Source: Alkalispirochaeta sp. (lineage in GTDB: Bacteria; Spirochaetota; Spirochaetia; DSM-27196; Alkalispirochaetaceae). Taken from it: a DNA stretch of 64,000 nucleotides. The notes below the pieces were generated by a model. It had not been told where the DNA came from, ran no database searches, and saw only the letters and a program-made list of their open reading frames with translations. The DNA lies in assembly GCA_965242725.1 (NCBI GenBank), contig CBDESZ010000012.1, positions 32,001 through 96,000 on the forward strand. Reading direction: 5' to 3'. Positions 1-10,059 of the stretch are shown piece after piece (position 1 is the stretch's first letter; the number at the start of each line of letters is the position of its first letter). The position numbers and the translations under genes were made by a program.

Positions 1-744
1 AACGGCAAAGAAGGCGCCGATCCGCTCCGGAGAGGTCTCCTCGCCAAAGCAATTCGCAACCTCCATGCCTCCCATATAGAGCTCCCACCGGTCGGCCCAT
101 ATCGTCCCGGGTATCGTCCGCGCCAGGGTGGGCACCGCCGCGGGATAGCGGGTCAGAAAGACCGGTTTATCCGCCGGCAGCTCCGGTTCCACCTGCGTCA
201 GGAACATTCGCTGGAAATACTCATCTTTTTCAATAATTGAACCATCCGGTTCCGTCCGGTCTTCTTCAAGGATACGGGCAAGCTCCACCCCTGCGTAGCG
301 GTCAAAGGCCTCCTCCATGGCGAGGATGAGGGGCTCCCCGGTGATGCCCAGCTCCCGCAGGAGCTCCACAGTGATCGCCAGTGAGTCGTCTCCGTCGGCG
401 TCCACGGTATAGTACTCGAGCATGGTGAACTCCGGACAGTGCTGGGGACCCACGCTCTCGGCGTTGCGAAAACTGTGGGTGATCTCATAGAGGCTCCCGC
501 TGCCGGCGGCGAGGAGTTTCTTGAGGTAATACTCCGGTGAAGGGAGCAAATAGAGGGGCACCGGCTCGGCGCCGCGATAGTCCGGCGGGAGGTAGCGCGT
601 CTCAAAGAGCTCGATATGCGCCTCGGGAATGGGACGCTGTGCCAGCTGCGGCGTCTCCGCGGCGAGGTACCCACGTTCATCAAAAAAGGCCCGTACGCTC
701 CGTACGATATCTGCGCGGCGGCGCAGCGCTTCCATATGGGTCAT
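1..744 (-). CDS. epmA: EF-P lysine aminoacylase EpmA/GenX (partial, runs off window start)
   Basis: Manual translation (not in ORF track): MTHMEALRRRADIVRSVRAFFDERGYLAAETPQL...LYLLPSPEYYLKKLLAAG...YEITHSFRNAE...HCPEFTMLEYY...RWELYMGGMEVANCFGEE; LysRS catalytic-domain motifs without anticodon domain. Confidence 0.9.
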   Translation of the reverse strand, partial: MTHMEALRRRADIVRSVRAFFDERGYLAAETPQLAQRPIPEAHIELFETRYLPPDYRGAEPVPLYLLPSPEYYLKKLLAAGSGSLYEITHSFRNAESVGPQHCPEFTMLEYYTVDADGDDSLAITVELLRELGITGEPLILAMEEAFDRYAGVELARILEEDRTEPDGSIIEKDEYFQRMFLTQVEPELPADKPVFLTRYPAAVPTLARTIPGTIWADRWELYMGGMEVANCFGEETSPERIGAFFAV

Positions 745-803
745 AGACGGAATCTATGCGGTATTGGTTGGCAGGGTAAACCCGGGAGAGTATGCTGGTA
801 TCC

Positions 804-2144
804 ATGAGCGACCAGGAAGATCGGGAATGGCAGAAACGTTTCGGCGAATCCTACATAGACTACGACCACCACGGCGAGACGCTGGAGGACCACCACCTGG
901 ACCGGCTGGAGGCGGATTTTCACCGCGACAACCACCACACCACCCGTCTTCCCGGGCGCAGGTCCACCGGTTCCATCAAGTGGGACCTCGCCTCGCCAGA
1001 CGAAATTCCCCTCTGGGTCGCGGACATGGACTTTCCCGTTCCCTCGGCGGTGACGGCGGCCCTCTCCCGGAGGCTGGAACACCCCATATTCGGGTACAGC
1101 GTCGTCCCCGACGCCTACCCCGGGGCGGTGCAGGCGTGGCAGAAGGAGCGCAACGGCTGGGACTTCCCGACCCGGGACGTGGTGGTCGTTCCCAGCGTGA
1201 TGCAGGCGATTGCCGTCGTCATAGAGGAGTTTACCACTCCCGGGGAGCGCATCGGCGTCTTCTCGCCCGTGTACTTTCCCTTTTACGACGTGGTGGAGGA
1301 GCTTGGTCGCACCGTTGTCCGCATTCCGCTGATGATCGAAGAGACGGAGGGGGCGGACCCGCGGTACCGGTTTGATACGGAGGCGCTTCAGGAGACGGTG
1401 GGGAACCTTTCCATGATCCTCCTCTGTTCGCCCCACAATCCCGGCGGGCGCGTCTGGTCCGCAGGAGAGCTGAACGCGGTCCGGAAGATCGCGGGCGAGG
1501 CGGGTGTGCGGGTGGTCAGTGATGAAATACACGGCGATCTCGTCTTTCCGGACAGCACCTTTGTTCCGTGGCTGAAGGACGGCGGTGACTCGGGAGACAT
1601 CGCCCTTTTTGCGCCCAGCAAGACCTTCAACATTCCCGGACTGCCCACGGCGGTCGCCGTCGTCCACGACGAGGAGACACGGAAGCGCCTCAGGAATGCA
1701 CTTCATGCACGGATGCACAAGATTTCCAACCTCCTGACCATGGAAGGCGCCCTTGCGGCATATCGTCACGGCGCCCCGTGGCTTGACGGACTGCGCCCCC
1801 TCTTGCGGGAGCGTTACGGCGATGTCCTCAGGCGATGTTCCGCCCTTGAAGGAGTGCGCGTCTTTGCGATGGAAGGGACCTTTATCGCGTGGATAGACCT
1901 GCGGGAGCGGTGGGGACTCCCCCGGGACGCCCGCTTTCCTGCAGCCGAAGGGCGCGGCGCCGGGAAAGGGGTATCGACGCGCTTTACCGCCCACGCCCGG
2001 ACCCACGGCGTCTGGCTCTCCGACGGCTCCCACTTCGGCGGCGAGGGTGACGGCTTCATGCGTCTCAACTTCGCCACCTCTTCAGAACTCCTTGACGAGG
2101 GACTCACGCGCTTTGAACGGAGCGTCCGTACCTTTGAGCCGTGA
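804..2144 (+). CDS. PLP-dependent PatB/MalY-family C-S lyase / aminotransferase
   Basis: SIKWD, PLWVADMDF, LCSPHNPGG, SDEIHGDL, APSKTFNIPGL (PLP lysine), FMRLNFA motifs. Confidence 0.9.
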   Translation: MSDQEDREWQKRFGESYIDYDHHGETLEDHHLDRLEADFHRDNHHTTRLPGRRSTGSIKWDLASPDEIPLWVADMDFPVPSAVTAALSRRLEHPIFGYSVVPDAYPGAVQAWQKERNGWDFPTRDVVVVPSVMQAIAVVIEEFTTPGERIGVFSPVYFPFYDVVEELGRTVVRIPLMIEETEGADPRYRFDTEALQETVGNLSMILLCSPHNPGGRVWSAGELNAVRKIAGEAGVRVVSDEIHGDLVFPDSTFVPWLKDGGDSGDIALFAPSKTFNIPGLPTAVAVVHDEETRKRLRNALHARMHKISNLLTMEGALAAYRHGAPWLDGLRPLLRERYGDVLRRCSALEGVRVFAMEGTFIAWIDLRERWGLPRDARFPAAEGRGAGKGVSTRFTAHARTHGVWLSDGSHFGGEGDGFMRLNFATSSELLDEGLTRFERSVRTFEP

Positions 2145-2169
2145 ATCCCGGACCGCCGCCGGTTCCGCG

Positions 2170-2883
2170 ATGCGGCGGGAGGTGGATGTTGCCGTTGTGA
2201 CGGCCCTCGCCGCGGAAATGCCGTCACGCCTTTCCGTCACAGGCCGCAGAGACGCGGCGGAAGGGGAGGTCGCCGTTATCCGCCTTACCGTGGATTCCCC
2301 CGGCGGGAAGGACGGGCGAGCGAAGACGGTGGCCTATACCGTCACCGGCGCGGGGAAGGTCTCTGCCGCGCTCGGCATGGAACGACTGTTGCGGACAGTA
2401 CGCCCCCGGGCAATCATCTGCGGCGGCATCGCCGGTTCCCTGCGGCTGGAGCTACCCCCGCTGACGGTAACCCTCGCGGAGAGAGTCTCTTATTACGACC
2501 GGGACGCGACGGCCGTCGGCTTTCCCCTCGGTGCGGTCGAGCCGGGGCAGCCTGCCGCGTACCACCTCCCCCGGGCACGGGAGCTTGCCGCGCTGATGGA
2601 CGTCCCGACGGTGCGGATCGCCACCGGCGACAGCGTGGTCACTCCGTCGCTGTTGGAGAACCTGCCGCCCCGGTGGCGGGAGCACCTTGAGAACGATGCG
2701 GAACTGGTGGATATGGAAAGTGCCGTGTGGGTCGAGGTTGCCCGCCGGTGGGGTGAAGAGCCGGTAATCTGCCGGACCGTCTACGATCTGGTGACCATGG
2801 CACCGGATGTGAAGAAGACGACCTTTCCTCTGGCGTGCCGCACTGCAGCGGACGCCCTCGAGCGGCTTATTGCCCTCGTTTGA
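2170..2883 (+). CDS. 5'-methylthioadenosine/S-adenosylhomocysteine nucleosidase-like (PNP_UDP family)
   Basis: TGAGKVSAA, GGIAGSL, IATGD, LVDMESA motifs. Confidence 0.75.
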   Translation: MRREVDVAVVTALAAEMPSRLSVTGRRDAAEGEVAVIRLTVDSPGGKDGRAKTVAYTVTGAGKVSAALGMERLLRTVRPRAIICGGIAGSLRLELPPLTVTLAERVSYYDRDATAVGFPLGAVEPGQPAAYHLPRARELAALMDVPTVRIATGDSVVTPSLLENLPPRWREHLENDAELVDMESAVWVEVARRWGEEPVICRTVYDLVTMAPDVKKTTFPLACRTAADALERLIALV

Positions 2884-3484
2884 TGTCGACCGCCAGCTCC
2901 CGGGCAATCTCCGGCCACAGGCCGTCGCGATACCACGACGCCATCTCCCGCAGGAGTGCGGCGTAGAGGTTGAAGTACTCCTTTGCCGCCTGTTTGTCCG
3001 TCTCTTTCCGGGACCGGAGCTCGAGGAAGTCGGGATGCGCCGACACCCACTCTTTTACGCGACCGTGGGCCGCCTCGGGCCGCTCCACCCACCGGACAAG
3101 TTCTTCTTCACCCTGGATCAGGGACACCACGGGGATGTGGTCCGTTCCCTGCGCCACGTACCACCCTTTCAGGTCGGTGAATACGCTCTGCCTGAAGATG
3201 CGAATCTCCACCCCCGCCGACTCACACAATTTGGTCACATAGGGAAGGGTGACGGCGCTGTCGCCGCACCAGTCCTCGGTGACGACGACGGCGCGAACCG
3301 GCGCAGCTTCCGCGCCGGTTCCGCGATGCGCGAGGGCATCGGCAAGAAGATCCCTCTCGGCAGGGGCAACCGCCGCGGTATCCACGAGATCGAGCACCAT
3401 GTGACGATAGTTCTTCAATGAAGAAAAATAGTCGGCAGGGAGGAGACCATCGGACCAGACAGCGTCAATGCGGGGAAAAAACAT
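2867..3484 (-). CDS. Thioredoxin-fold protein (WCGDS type)
   Basis: VVTEDWCGDS and HIPVV, WVERP motifs. Confidence 0.8.
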   Translation of the reverse strand: MFFPRIDAVWSDGLLPADYFSSLKNYRHMVLDLVDTAAVAPAERDLLADALAHRGTGAEAAPVRAVVVTEDWCGDSAVTLPYVTKLCESAGVEIRIFRQSVFTDLKGWYVAQGTDHIPVVSLIQGEEELVRWVERPEAAHGRVKEWVSAHPDFLELRSRKETDKQAAKEYFNLYAALLREMASWYRDGLWPEIARELAVDIKRGQ

Positions 3485-3487
3485 CGA

Positions 3488-4371
3488 TCAGAACCTCCAC
3501 GTCGCGCCGGCCTGGAACGCCACGTAGGGTTCGCCGTCTGCGAGGTCGTAGTAGAGATGGTCCAGATAGCCGCCGACGATACCGATGAGGGTGATACCGG
3601 GGCCGGCGTCGCCAAAGAGGTCGGGGGCGTTCCAGATACCCATGAGGGAGAGGCGCTGCCACTCCGGATCGTCAAGGTTGACGGTCATGAGGGAGTAGTC
3701 CACGCCGACAAGGACCTGGCGGGGGCCGCGGGAGCGCGGTCCCGGGGTGTCCCACAAGACGGCGACGCTGTTTCCCACCTGCCAGTCGCCGTTTTCCTGG
3801 GCCACATCACCAAGGGGTTCGTAGAACCAGCCGGAATCGTCGTTTTTCTCAGTCATTTCAACGCGGCGGAAGGTCATCTGGTCAAAGGCGACGATGCCGC
3901 CGCCTGCGATTTTCAGGCGCGGGGATATTTCCGCCATCGTTCCCGCGCGGGTATAGCGGTCAAGGTCCGCCGACGGGCCGTAGTCCGCATCGGGACCGGA
4001 AATCGGCGTGTATCCGTTGCCCAGGGCGTCAAACATCTGACGAAAGACAAAGCGGGCGCGCACATCGGCAACGGCGATGGGCTCCACGTAGAGCTCCACA
4101 CCTACGTCGTCAAAGCGGGGGTGATACGGTTAATGACCCCGATTTCAACCTTGGCGGGATCCCACAATACGCCCTCGAGATTCCGGTACATCGGAACGGC
4201 AAGGGAAAGACGGCTGGAGAGACTCAGCCCCAGAGGGTGAACGCTCGTGCCAAACTGCTCGCTGTGAACGATGGAGCGCTCCTCCCAGTCAAAGGCGGAA
4301 AGGGACGCTACCGTGCCGACTACCAGAAAACCGACCGCCAGAAGGCGCATGAATGGGCGTAGTGTTTTCAT
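3488..4371 (-). CDS. Exported / outer-membrane hypothetical protein, one frameshift near 4112
   Basis: Signal peptide MKTLRPFMRLLAVGFLVVGTVASLSA; adding one T in gcttt joins ORF 4102-4371 to 3488-4099; C-terminal ...AGATWRF beta-signal-like. Confidence 0.6.
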
Positions 4372-4528
4372 AACGCCATAACGGTACACCGGAGGTGCAA
4401 ATATGTCGAGTGAAGAGGGGCCGCGGCGGGGCGGGAAACGCGCCGCCGACGCGCGCCCCCCGTCGGGGACGCGCCCCCTCTCGGGGACGCGGCGCTCGGA
4501 CATGCTGCGGGCACCGTCCCGGCGCCGT

Positions 4529-4648
4529 CTACACGGTAAGCTCAATCGCCCGGTCCAGATTGAAACGGACAATCACAATGGTGATGAGCATAAACGCCGC
4601 CCCCAGTCCATAGAGACCGATAAGTATCGTGTTTGTATATTTTTTCAT
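4529..4648 (-). CDS. 39-aa single-TM small protein, last gene of Ytr-like operon
   Basis: MKKYTNTILIGLYGLGAAFMLITIVIVRFNLDRAIELTV*; ATGA overlap with GntR stop; AGGAGG RBS. Confidence 0.65.
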   Translation of the reverse strand: MKKYTNTILIGLYGLGAAFMLITIVIVRFNLDRAIELTV

Positions 4649-5022
4649 TCCGTTCCTCCTTTGCCGTCCTCCCACCGCCGTCGCGCCTGCGCGAACTCCT
4701 CGACGGTGTAGGGTAAATCGTCCATCAGTTCAAAGACCTCAGGCAGCACCTCCGTCTCAAGGTGGACGCGCCGGAGACGGCGCGACCGCTCCTGCGCACC
4801 GGGAGCGACAAAGTAGCCCACCCCCCGCTGATTGTAGATCAATTCCTCGTCCTGAAGGGTGCTGTAACTGCGCTGCACCGTGTTGGGGTTCACGCCCAGC
4901 TCCACCGCAAGCTCCCGAACGGCGGGGAGGCGCGCCTCTTCTCCCCACACACCCCGCAGAATCTGTATTTGAACGTACTCCACAATCTGCTGATAAATGG
5001 AACGTCCGTCGTCAAATCGCAT
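4645..5022 (-). CDS. GntR-family (YtrA subfamily) transcriptional regulator
   Basis: SIYQQI...RLPAVRELAVELGVNPNTVQRSY...RGVGYFV; short C-terminus; located in an ABC operon. Confidence 0.9.
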   Translation of the reverse strand: MRFDDGRSIYQQIVEYVQIQILRGVWGEEARLPAVRELAVELGVNPNTVQRSYSTLQDEELIYNQRGVGYFVAPGAQERSRRLRRVHLETEVLPEVFELMDDLPYTVEEFAQARRRWEDGKGGTE

Positions 5023-5023
5023 A

Positions 5024-5835
5024 TCACGCCTCCGTTTCCCGAAGTCTGAGCACGGCGAGACTCCAGAAGATCAGGACAATGGCAATAGAGGCGGTGGTCT
5101 GAAGTGCTTCCGGATTCTGCAGGTACCACGGCGCGATCTCCTGCCACAAATATCCGTCCATATCCTCAAACATCAAGGGTCCTTCAAATTCGCCGAGACG
5201 ACGGGCACCGCTGTGGGGTACCTCTCCGGTGATATACCGATTAAAAATAATCCGGACCGACAGAACGGCAAGAAATACATAGCTCGCAATCCACAACACC
5301 ACCGACAGGAGCGTCTTGGCGACGGTGTTGCGCCTGAAGTAGACGGCACCGAAAAAGAAGATGCTGTGAACGGGGAGGTAATCCACAAAGGTCTCCCCGG
5401 TAATGATGATCCACCGACCACCGGAAAGCGCATCGGCAATGACCTGCCCCACCGACGTTCCGCCGCCGAGGATCAGGTAGACAACGACACCGAGAACGGT
5501 GGCGATGAGAAAAGCCAGCGTCGCCGCCAGCCACACAACGATGGTGGAAACGATGAGCTTCGCCCCCACCTTCTCCAGATCGTCGCAGGCCGCAACAGGT
5601 ATTCGATCCGCATACCCGGCGTGCGGAGTTCGGAAAAGACCCGGGAGGTAAAAAGGACGCCGAGCAGTATCATGACCGGACCGTACAGGGGCCAGAGGTT
5701 GATCACCTCCAGACCGCCCACCCAGCTGAGCATGCCGAAGAGGAGAATCGTTCCTGCCACCGCTCCGGCGCTGACGGCGATCATTCTGAGCTGCTGATAG
5801 ACTTCGTGTCTGAGAACGTGAATAAACCGTGTCAT
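5024..5835 (-). CDS. ABC-2-type permease, frameshifted near 5570
   Basis: Multiple TM segments split across ORFs 5473-6087 and 5024-5848; LLRPAT..EK motif at junction; ATGA overlap with ATPase. Confidence 0.75.
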
Positions 5836-6698
5836 GCCACACCTCCACAGAGCGCGGAAATATCCGCGGGATGGTCGATGGCCGCCTGGAAAAGGGAGTT
5901 CCACATCCATGTCGCCGGTAAGGTGTTCACCCGTACCGCCCCCGTTCTGCCGCGGCACGATCGCCACGGAGCTGCCCAGCCGCGTATCCATCGCCAGTGC
6001 ACCGGCTTCCATCGCATCGGCGGGGGAATCAAAACGGCGCATTTCAAGCGCCTTGACGATCGTGGCCATGTCGGCGGAGAAGACCACCGCCCCTGGTCGA
6101 GAACGACGATGGGATCGATGAGATTCTCCACGTCACGCACCTGATGGGTGGAAATAATGACCGCCCGCCGGTCGCCCGATGCTTCCGCGATGAGGCGACG
6201 GAAGACCTGCTTGGAGGGAATGTCGAGGACCGTTTGTCGGCTCGTCCAGGATGACCAGCTCCGCCATGCCCGCCAGGGCAAAGGAGAGGAGCACCTTCTT
6301 TTGCTGCCCGAAGGAAAGTTCCGTCAGCTTGTCGTTCCCGGTGATCTCAAACCGCTGGAGGTAGCGCTCCATGAGCTCATGGTCAAAGCGGGGATAGTAC
6401 GCGGCGTGATAGGCGACGTAGTCCCGCAGGGGAATGGGAGGGACCTCAAACTGCTCCGGAACGTAGGCGATCCGGGAGAGGACGGCGGGATCGCGCCGCG
6501 GGGCGGGTTTGCCAAAGAGATCCGCCACGCCCCCCTGGGCAAAGAGGAGGCCCGAGGCGATCTTGAGGAGGGAGGTCTTCCCCGCGCCGTTCTTCCCCAG
6601 CAGGCCGATCACCCCGCCGGGTTCGACGGAAAATGAGAGGTCCTCAAAAAGGGGCCTCCCCTTCGGTAGGCAAAGCTGATATTCCGCATATGCACCAT
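5832..6698 (-). CDS. ABC transporter ATP-binding protein (YtrB-like), several frameshifts
   Basis: Walker A GKNGAGKT, signature LSFGQQKK, Walker B LILDEPTNG, ISTHQV in a second frame. Confidence 0.85.
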
Positions 6699-6715
6699 AT
6701 GTGTATCCTTTCATT

Positions 6716-6772
6716 AGTGTGTTAGTACCTTAGTACACTGATATAATAATCATACGACGCACCGCCTGTCAA
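6716..6772 (-). promoter_or_regulatory. sigma70 promoter plus YtrA-type operator
   Basis: TTGACA (6772-6767) N18 TATTAT (6748-6743); palindrome AGTGTGTTAGTACCTTAGTACACT (6716-6739) fits GTnnTA-N6-TAnnAC. Confidence 0.7.
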
Positions 6773-6848
6773 GAAAAGAGTAAAAAAAAGTCGGGGCTTT
6801 AAAACAAGGGTGTCCTGGGGGCGATCGTTCCGACCATTGATGCCTCAA

Positions 6849-6936
6849 CGGCACTGACGCATAATTTGATTCGTGGTAATGAAGGAGATACTATTTTACT
6901 TCCGGCAGTTCTCTGTTGAAACTCAGGGGAATTTCA
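6849..6936. repeat. Left copy of degenerate direct repeat bounding the Rhs island
   Basis: ggtaatgaaggagatactattttacttcc...ttgaaactcaggggaatttca matches 26940-27047. Confidence 0.8.
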
Positions 6937-7157
6937 GATTACGACGATTGCGTCGGGTCAAATACGCATCCAGATCTGTGCGAACACGTATTCTCCCGGT
7001 CTCGGCATTGTCTTTCCGGAACAAATCTCCGTCAAACGTTCTTGAGCAATTTGGACCCATATACTCGAGCTGCATCATTCCGACCCGTCCAATCCAGATA
7101 CGAAAGGATCCACCCAACTCATAGCGCCGGCGACCTGATCGAGGACGCAGATTTTTC

Positions 7158-8062
7158 CTACTGCCACCCTGATTTTGGGTCCCATACGTGAGGATGATCC
7201 GGATCGGGCACCCATAGGGCGTTGGAGAACTCCGATATCCGTTCTATCACCTCTGAGAGTTCAAGTCTTGAGTGTTCGTTCCGCAGTTTGCGCACGAAAG
7301 CTTTCCATTGCGTTTGCTTGACGTAGTCTTGGGAAACCTGTTCGGTAAATACGACGGGTGTCTCGGTTGGCAGAGCGGTCTTGCGGCGCGCGAAAGTCTG
7401 ACGGACGGCTTCCGAGACGTCCTCGAATCCAAGAGTGAAGGACCGGCTGATCATGTATAAATCGTAGAAGTCCTTCATTCTGCTGGTGAGCAGACTAAGT
7501 GCGATGATCGCCTCGAGCTTCTCGGCGATCACGGTTTCGATCGGGTAGGACTCGATATTCGGCCCGTCCAACTCAAGCAGGGATGGTATCGTTGTGCTGA
7601 TCGGGCGTGGATAAATGGAGTCCCCGATCCCATGTCAATCTGCAATACCACCCGAGCTTTGCCGATGTGCGCCCGGATCTTCGCTCTCTGTCCCTGGTAG
7701 GCGTTGTGTTCGCGAATGTCCTGGATTGAGATGGAGTCCAGATCGAATTCAACGGCGTCCGTGGGATAGGAGATGGAACATATATTTCTGAGATTCCTGG
7801 ATGAATTGAGCGTCGGCGTCGCCGGTCTTCAGAAATCGATATCCTTGGTCGTCCGATACGTCTGATCTTCAAGTGTAATGGAGAGGAGGTACGCTCCTTT
7901 CAAGAGGTAGGTGTCTCGGTACGACGACCTTCCGAGTCTGAATAGGAATCGTTCGCCGACATAGCGAATGAGCAGAGACTGATAGTCTTCCCTGTTGGCT
8001 CGACTGTGATTGAGCAATCGAGCCAGGACCGACGCCGAGTGATTCGTTTCAAAGGCGTTCAT
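7158..8062 (-). CDS. AbiEii-type nucleotidyltransferase toxin (type IV TA), multiple frameshifts
   Basis: ASVLARLLN, ERFLFRL, LKGAYL, RTTKDIDF, YPIETVIAEKLEAI, SRMKDFYDL across three frames; ATGA overlap with antitoxin. Confidence 0.85.
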
Positions 8063-8676
8063 ACAATGCTTTCCATGTAGGGCCTCATGATTTCGCGAAC
8101 CCTGCACACCTCGGCAAAGTGGATAAGATCGTCGATCGAGGAACGTTTGGCCCGGATGACATCTTTCAGGGCTTCGATTGCGACATCCAGACCGATTTTA
8201 TTGCGGTACTTGAAGCAATCGGCGACGGTCTTCGGGATAGAGTAAACGGCTACTTCTACACCGTCTATGGTGCGACGCTCTATGCCGTCGCTATAGGCAT
8301 CGCCTGAGAATCTCACAATTTGAATGGGATATTCCTGTACCCTGGGCATACGAGCTCTTCGTGGGATCGCGAGCCAGACCTCAGAGGGATTCTGCATTCC
8401 GATCTCATGGAATGAAAGGGCTGATAGGAGGCAGACGATACCGTGGTCAACGAGCTTGCTTGCTTCTATCAGCGAGTGGTATGCACCCGGGGTGTAGTCG
8501 ACCAACGTATAGAGTCCCCGGGCGGTACGCAGTATCTCACCGCCCCGCACCATACGGGTGAGTGTCTTGGAGTCTATCCCTTCCGCTGTGATTTCTCTGG
8601 AACTCATCATCGGAGAGTGCTGCAGCAGTTCCCGAACTCTTGACCGTTCCGCCTTCATGCCGTAAATTGTGCTCAT
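8059..8676 (-). CDS. AbiEi-type antitoxin / transcriptional regulator (type IV TA)
   Basis: LTRMVRGGEILRTARGLY wHTH; GIVCLLSALSFHEI; VYSIPKTVADCFKYRNKIGLDVAIEAL. Confidence 0.9.
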   Translation of the reverse strand: MSTIYGMKAERSRVRELLQHSPMMSSREITAEGIDSKTLTRMVRGGEILRTARGLYTLVDYTPGAYHSLIEASKLVDHGIVCLLSALSFHEIGMQNPSEVWLAIPRRARMPRVQEYPIQIVRFSGDAYSDGIERRTIDGVEVAVYSIPKTVADCFKYRNKIGLDVAIEALKDVIRAKRSSIDDLIHFAEVCRVREIMRPYMESIV

Positions 8677-8733
8677 ATATCGACAAATGTCAACGTTTAG
8701 CGGCATATGTGAATCACGAACAACATCGGGCAG

Positions 8734-9288
8734 CTACGAATACGTGTACGTATTCTGATTCGAATTTCCATAGGAAAACGGGATATTGACGGTAAAATCA
8801 TCGCCGTCACCGGGCTGGTCGTAATAGACCAGGTGACCTGCCGCGTCCCAGCGGTAGAGATGGCTCTTCCCGGCGCTGTCGGTGACGACCACCTCTCTGC
8901 TGTCAGGAGACCAGTCGTAGGTGGTGCTCCGTTCACCCGTCGGCTTCACCGCTATCAGCCGCCCGGCGGCGGCATAGGTCATTTCCGTCCCGCCCGTGGC
9001 GGGGCTGTCGATGACCGACAGATTGCCCCACTGGTCGTAGCCCAGGCTGGTCGTTTCTCCCGCTCCATTGGCGACGTGACGGGGGAGGCCCAACGGACCG
9101 TATCCGGCATAGTACCGGGTGCGTTCATCCGGGTCGGCGGCGGCGGTGAGATTCCCGCGCTCGTCATAGGTGTAGACCCACGCACCGGAAATCCCGTCGA
9201 TCTGGACGCGCCGCAGCTGGTTGTACGCCTCACCCCACTCATAGCGCCGGGTCACCTGGTCGGGGCCGGTGGAGCGGTCCTGGATCAT
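8734..9288 (-). pseudogene. Orphan Rhs core fragment without toxin domain
   Basis: Near-identical to internal YD repeats of 21214-25506; truncated after YYDQPG. Confidence 0.8.
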
Positions 9289-9349
9289 GAATATCGAACT
9301 TGCGTTCTGTCACGATTTTTCACCGTGCCGAGAGAACTACCCGGATCGA
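9281..9349. repeat. Conserved ~70-bp element at 5' end of orphan Rhs module (copy 1)
   Basis: tggatcatgaatatcgaacttgcgttctgtcacgatttttcaccgtgccgagagaactacccggatcg; also at 14398 and 18131. Confidence 0.85.
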
Positions 9350-9572
9350 CCGGTGTTTCTTTGTAGGTTCAAACAGACCCACAGTGCCGGTTTCGCGAAC
9401 CGGTTCCAATCGCGCATGTTTCTCTCTCATCAACCGCGAATAAGGAACAAAGGTAACCCCGTCAGGTGTTTAATTTGGCGCCGGGTGGTATTTTCTGCGC
9501 CCGGCACAATCTTTATCTCAACGCGGATTTGGGAACAGAACGAAATCAACGAATAAATTCGTTGATACCCCA

Positions 9573-10048
9573 CTACGTTCCCATGAAAATTCGGATAGTG
9601 TCTATTTTGTTGTCGGAATCAAATGTGAGCTTCAACTCCAAAACATCGAAATCTTCGTTGAAATAGTAGAATGCCCCTTTAAACACCGTATCGGGTTGTC
9701 CGAGTAGTCGGAGAACATCGCCTCGGGGACTACCAATTGTAAGTCCATTGATTACGGAATATCGATCTGACAAAAGAGAAATCCCGTATATCCTGTTCTT
9801 ACCGTCCTCGGATTCGGTATTTGATGTAGAAATTGCTACGTTGTCATATCGATACACTCGAAGTGTAATACTACCGTAATCCCGAATTTCGTAATCCGTC
9901 ATTCCTAGAACGTCTATTGCTCTTGAGAACTCATCTCCTAACACAATTTTGAGTTATCTATACAAATGTAGAAATCATCTATTTCAAAATCCGCGTACAG
10001 AAATGTGCTGCCCAGCAAAAGGAGTGTGCCAAAAATAAATCTTTTCAT
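9573..10048 (-). CDS. Putative exported immunity protein for M23 toxin (frameshift near 9947)
   Basis: Signal peptide MKRFIFGTLLLLGSTFLYA; adding one A in an A-run joins it to ORF 9573-9944; low GC; immediately after the CT. Confidence 0.65.
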
Positions 10049-10059
10049 TGCGATACCTC

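Noticed and set aside
198..683. ORF-track protein 198-683
   Set aside because: Wrong frame of epmA, which is open from 744 to the window edge
6875..6936. Flanking repeat as an IS3-like terminal inverted repeat (TGA.ATTCCCC...)
   Set aside because: Both copies have the same orientation and no transposase is present
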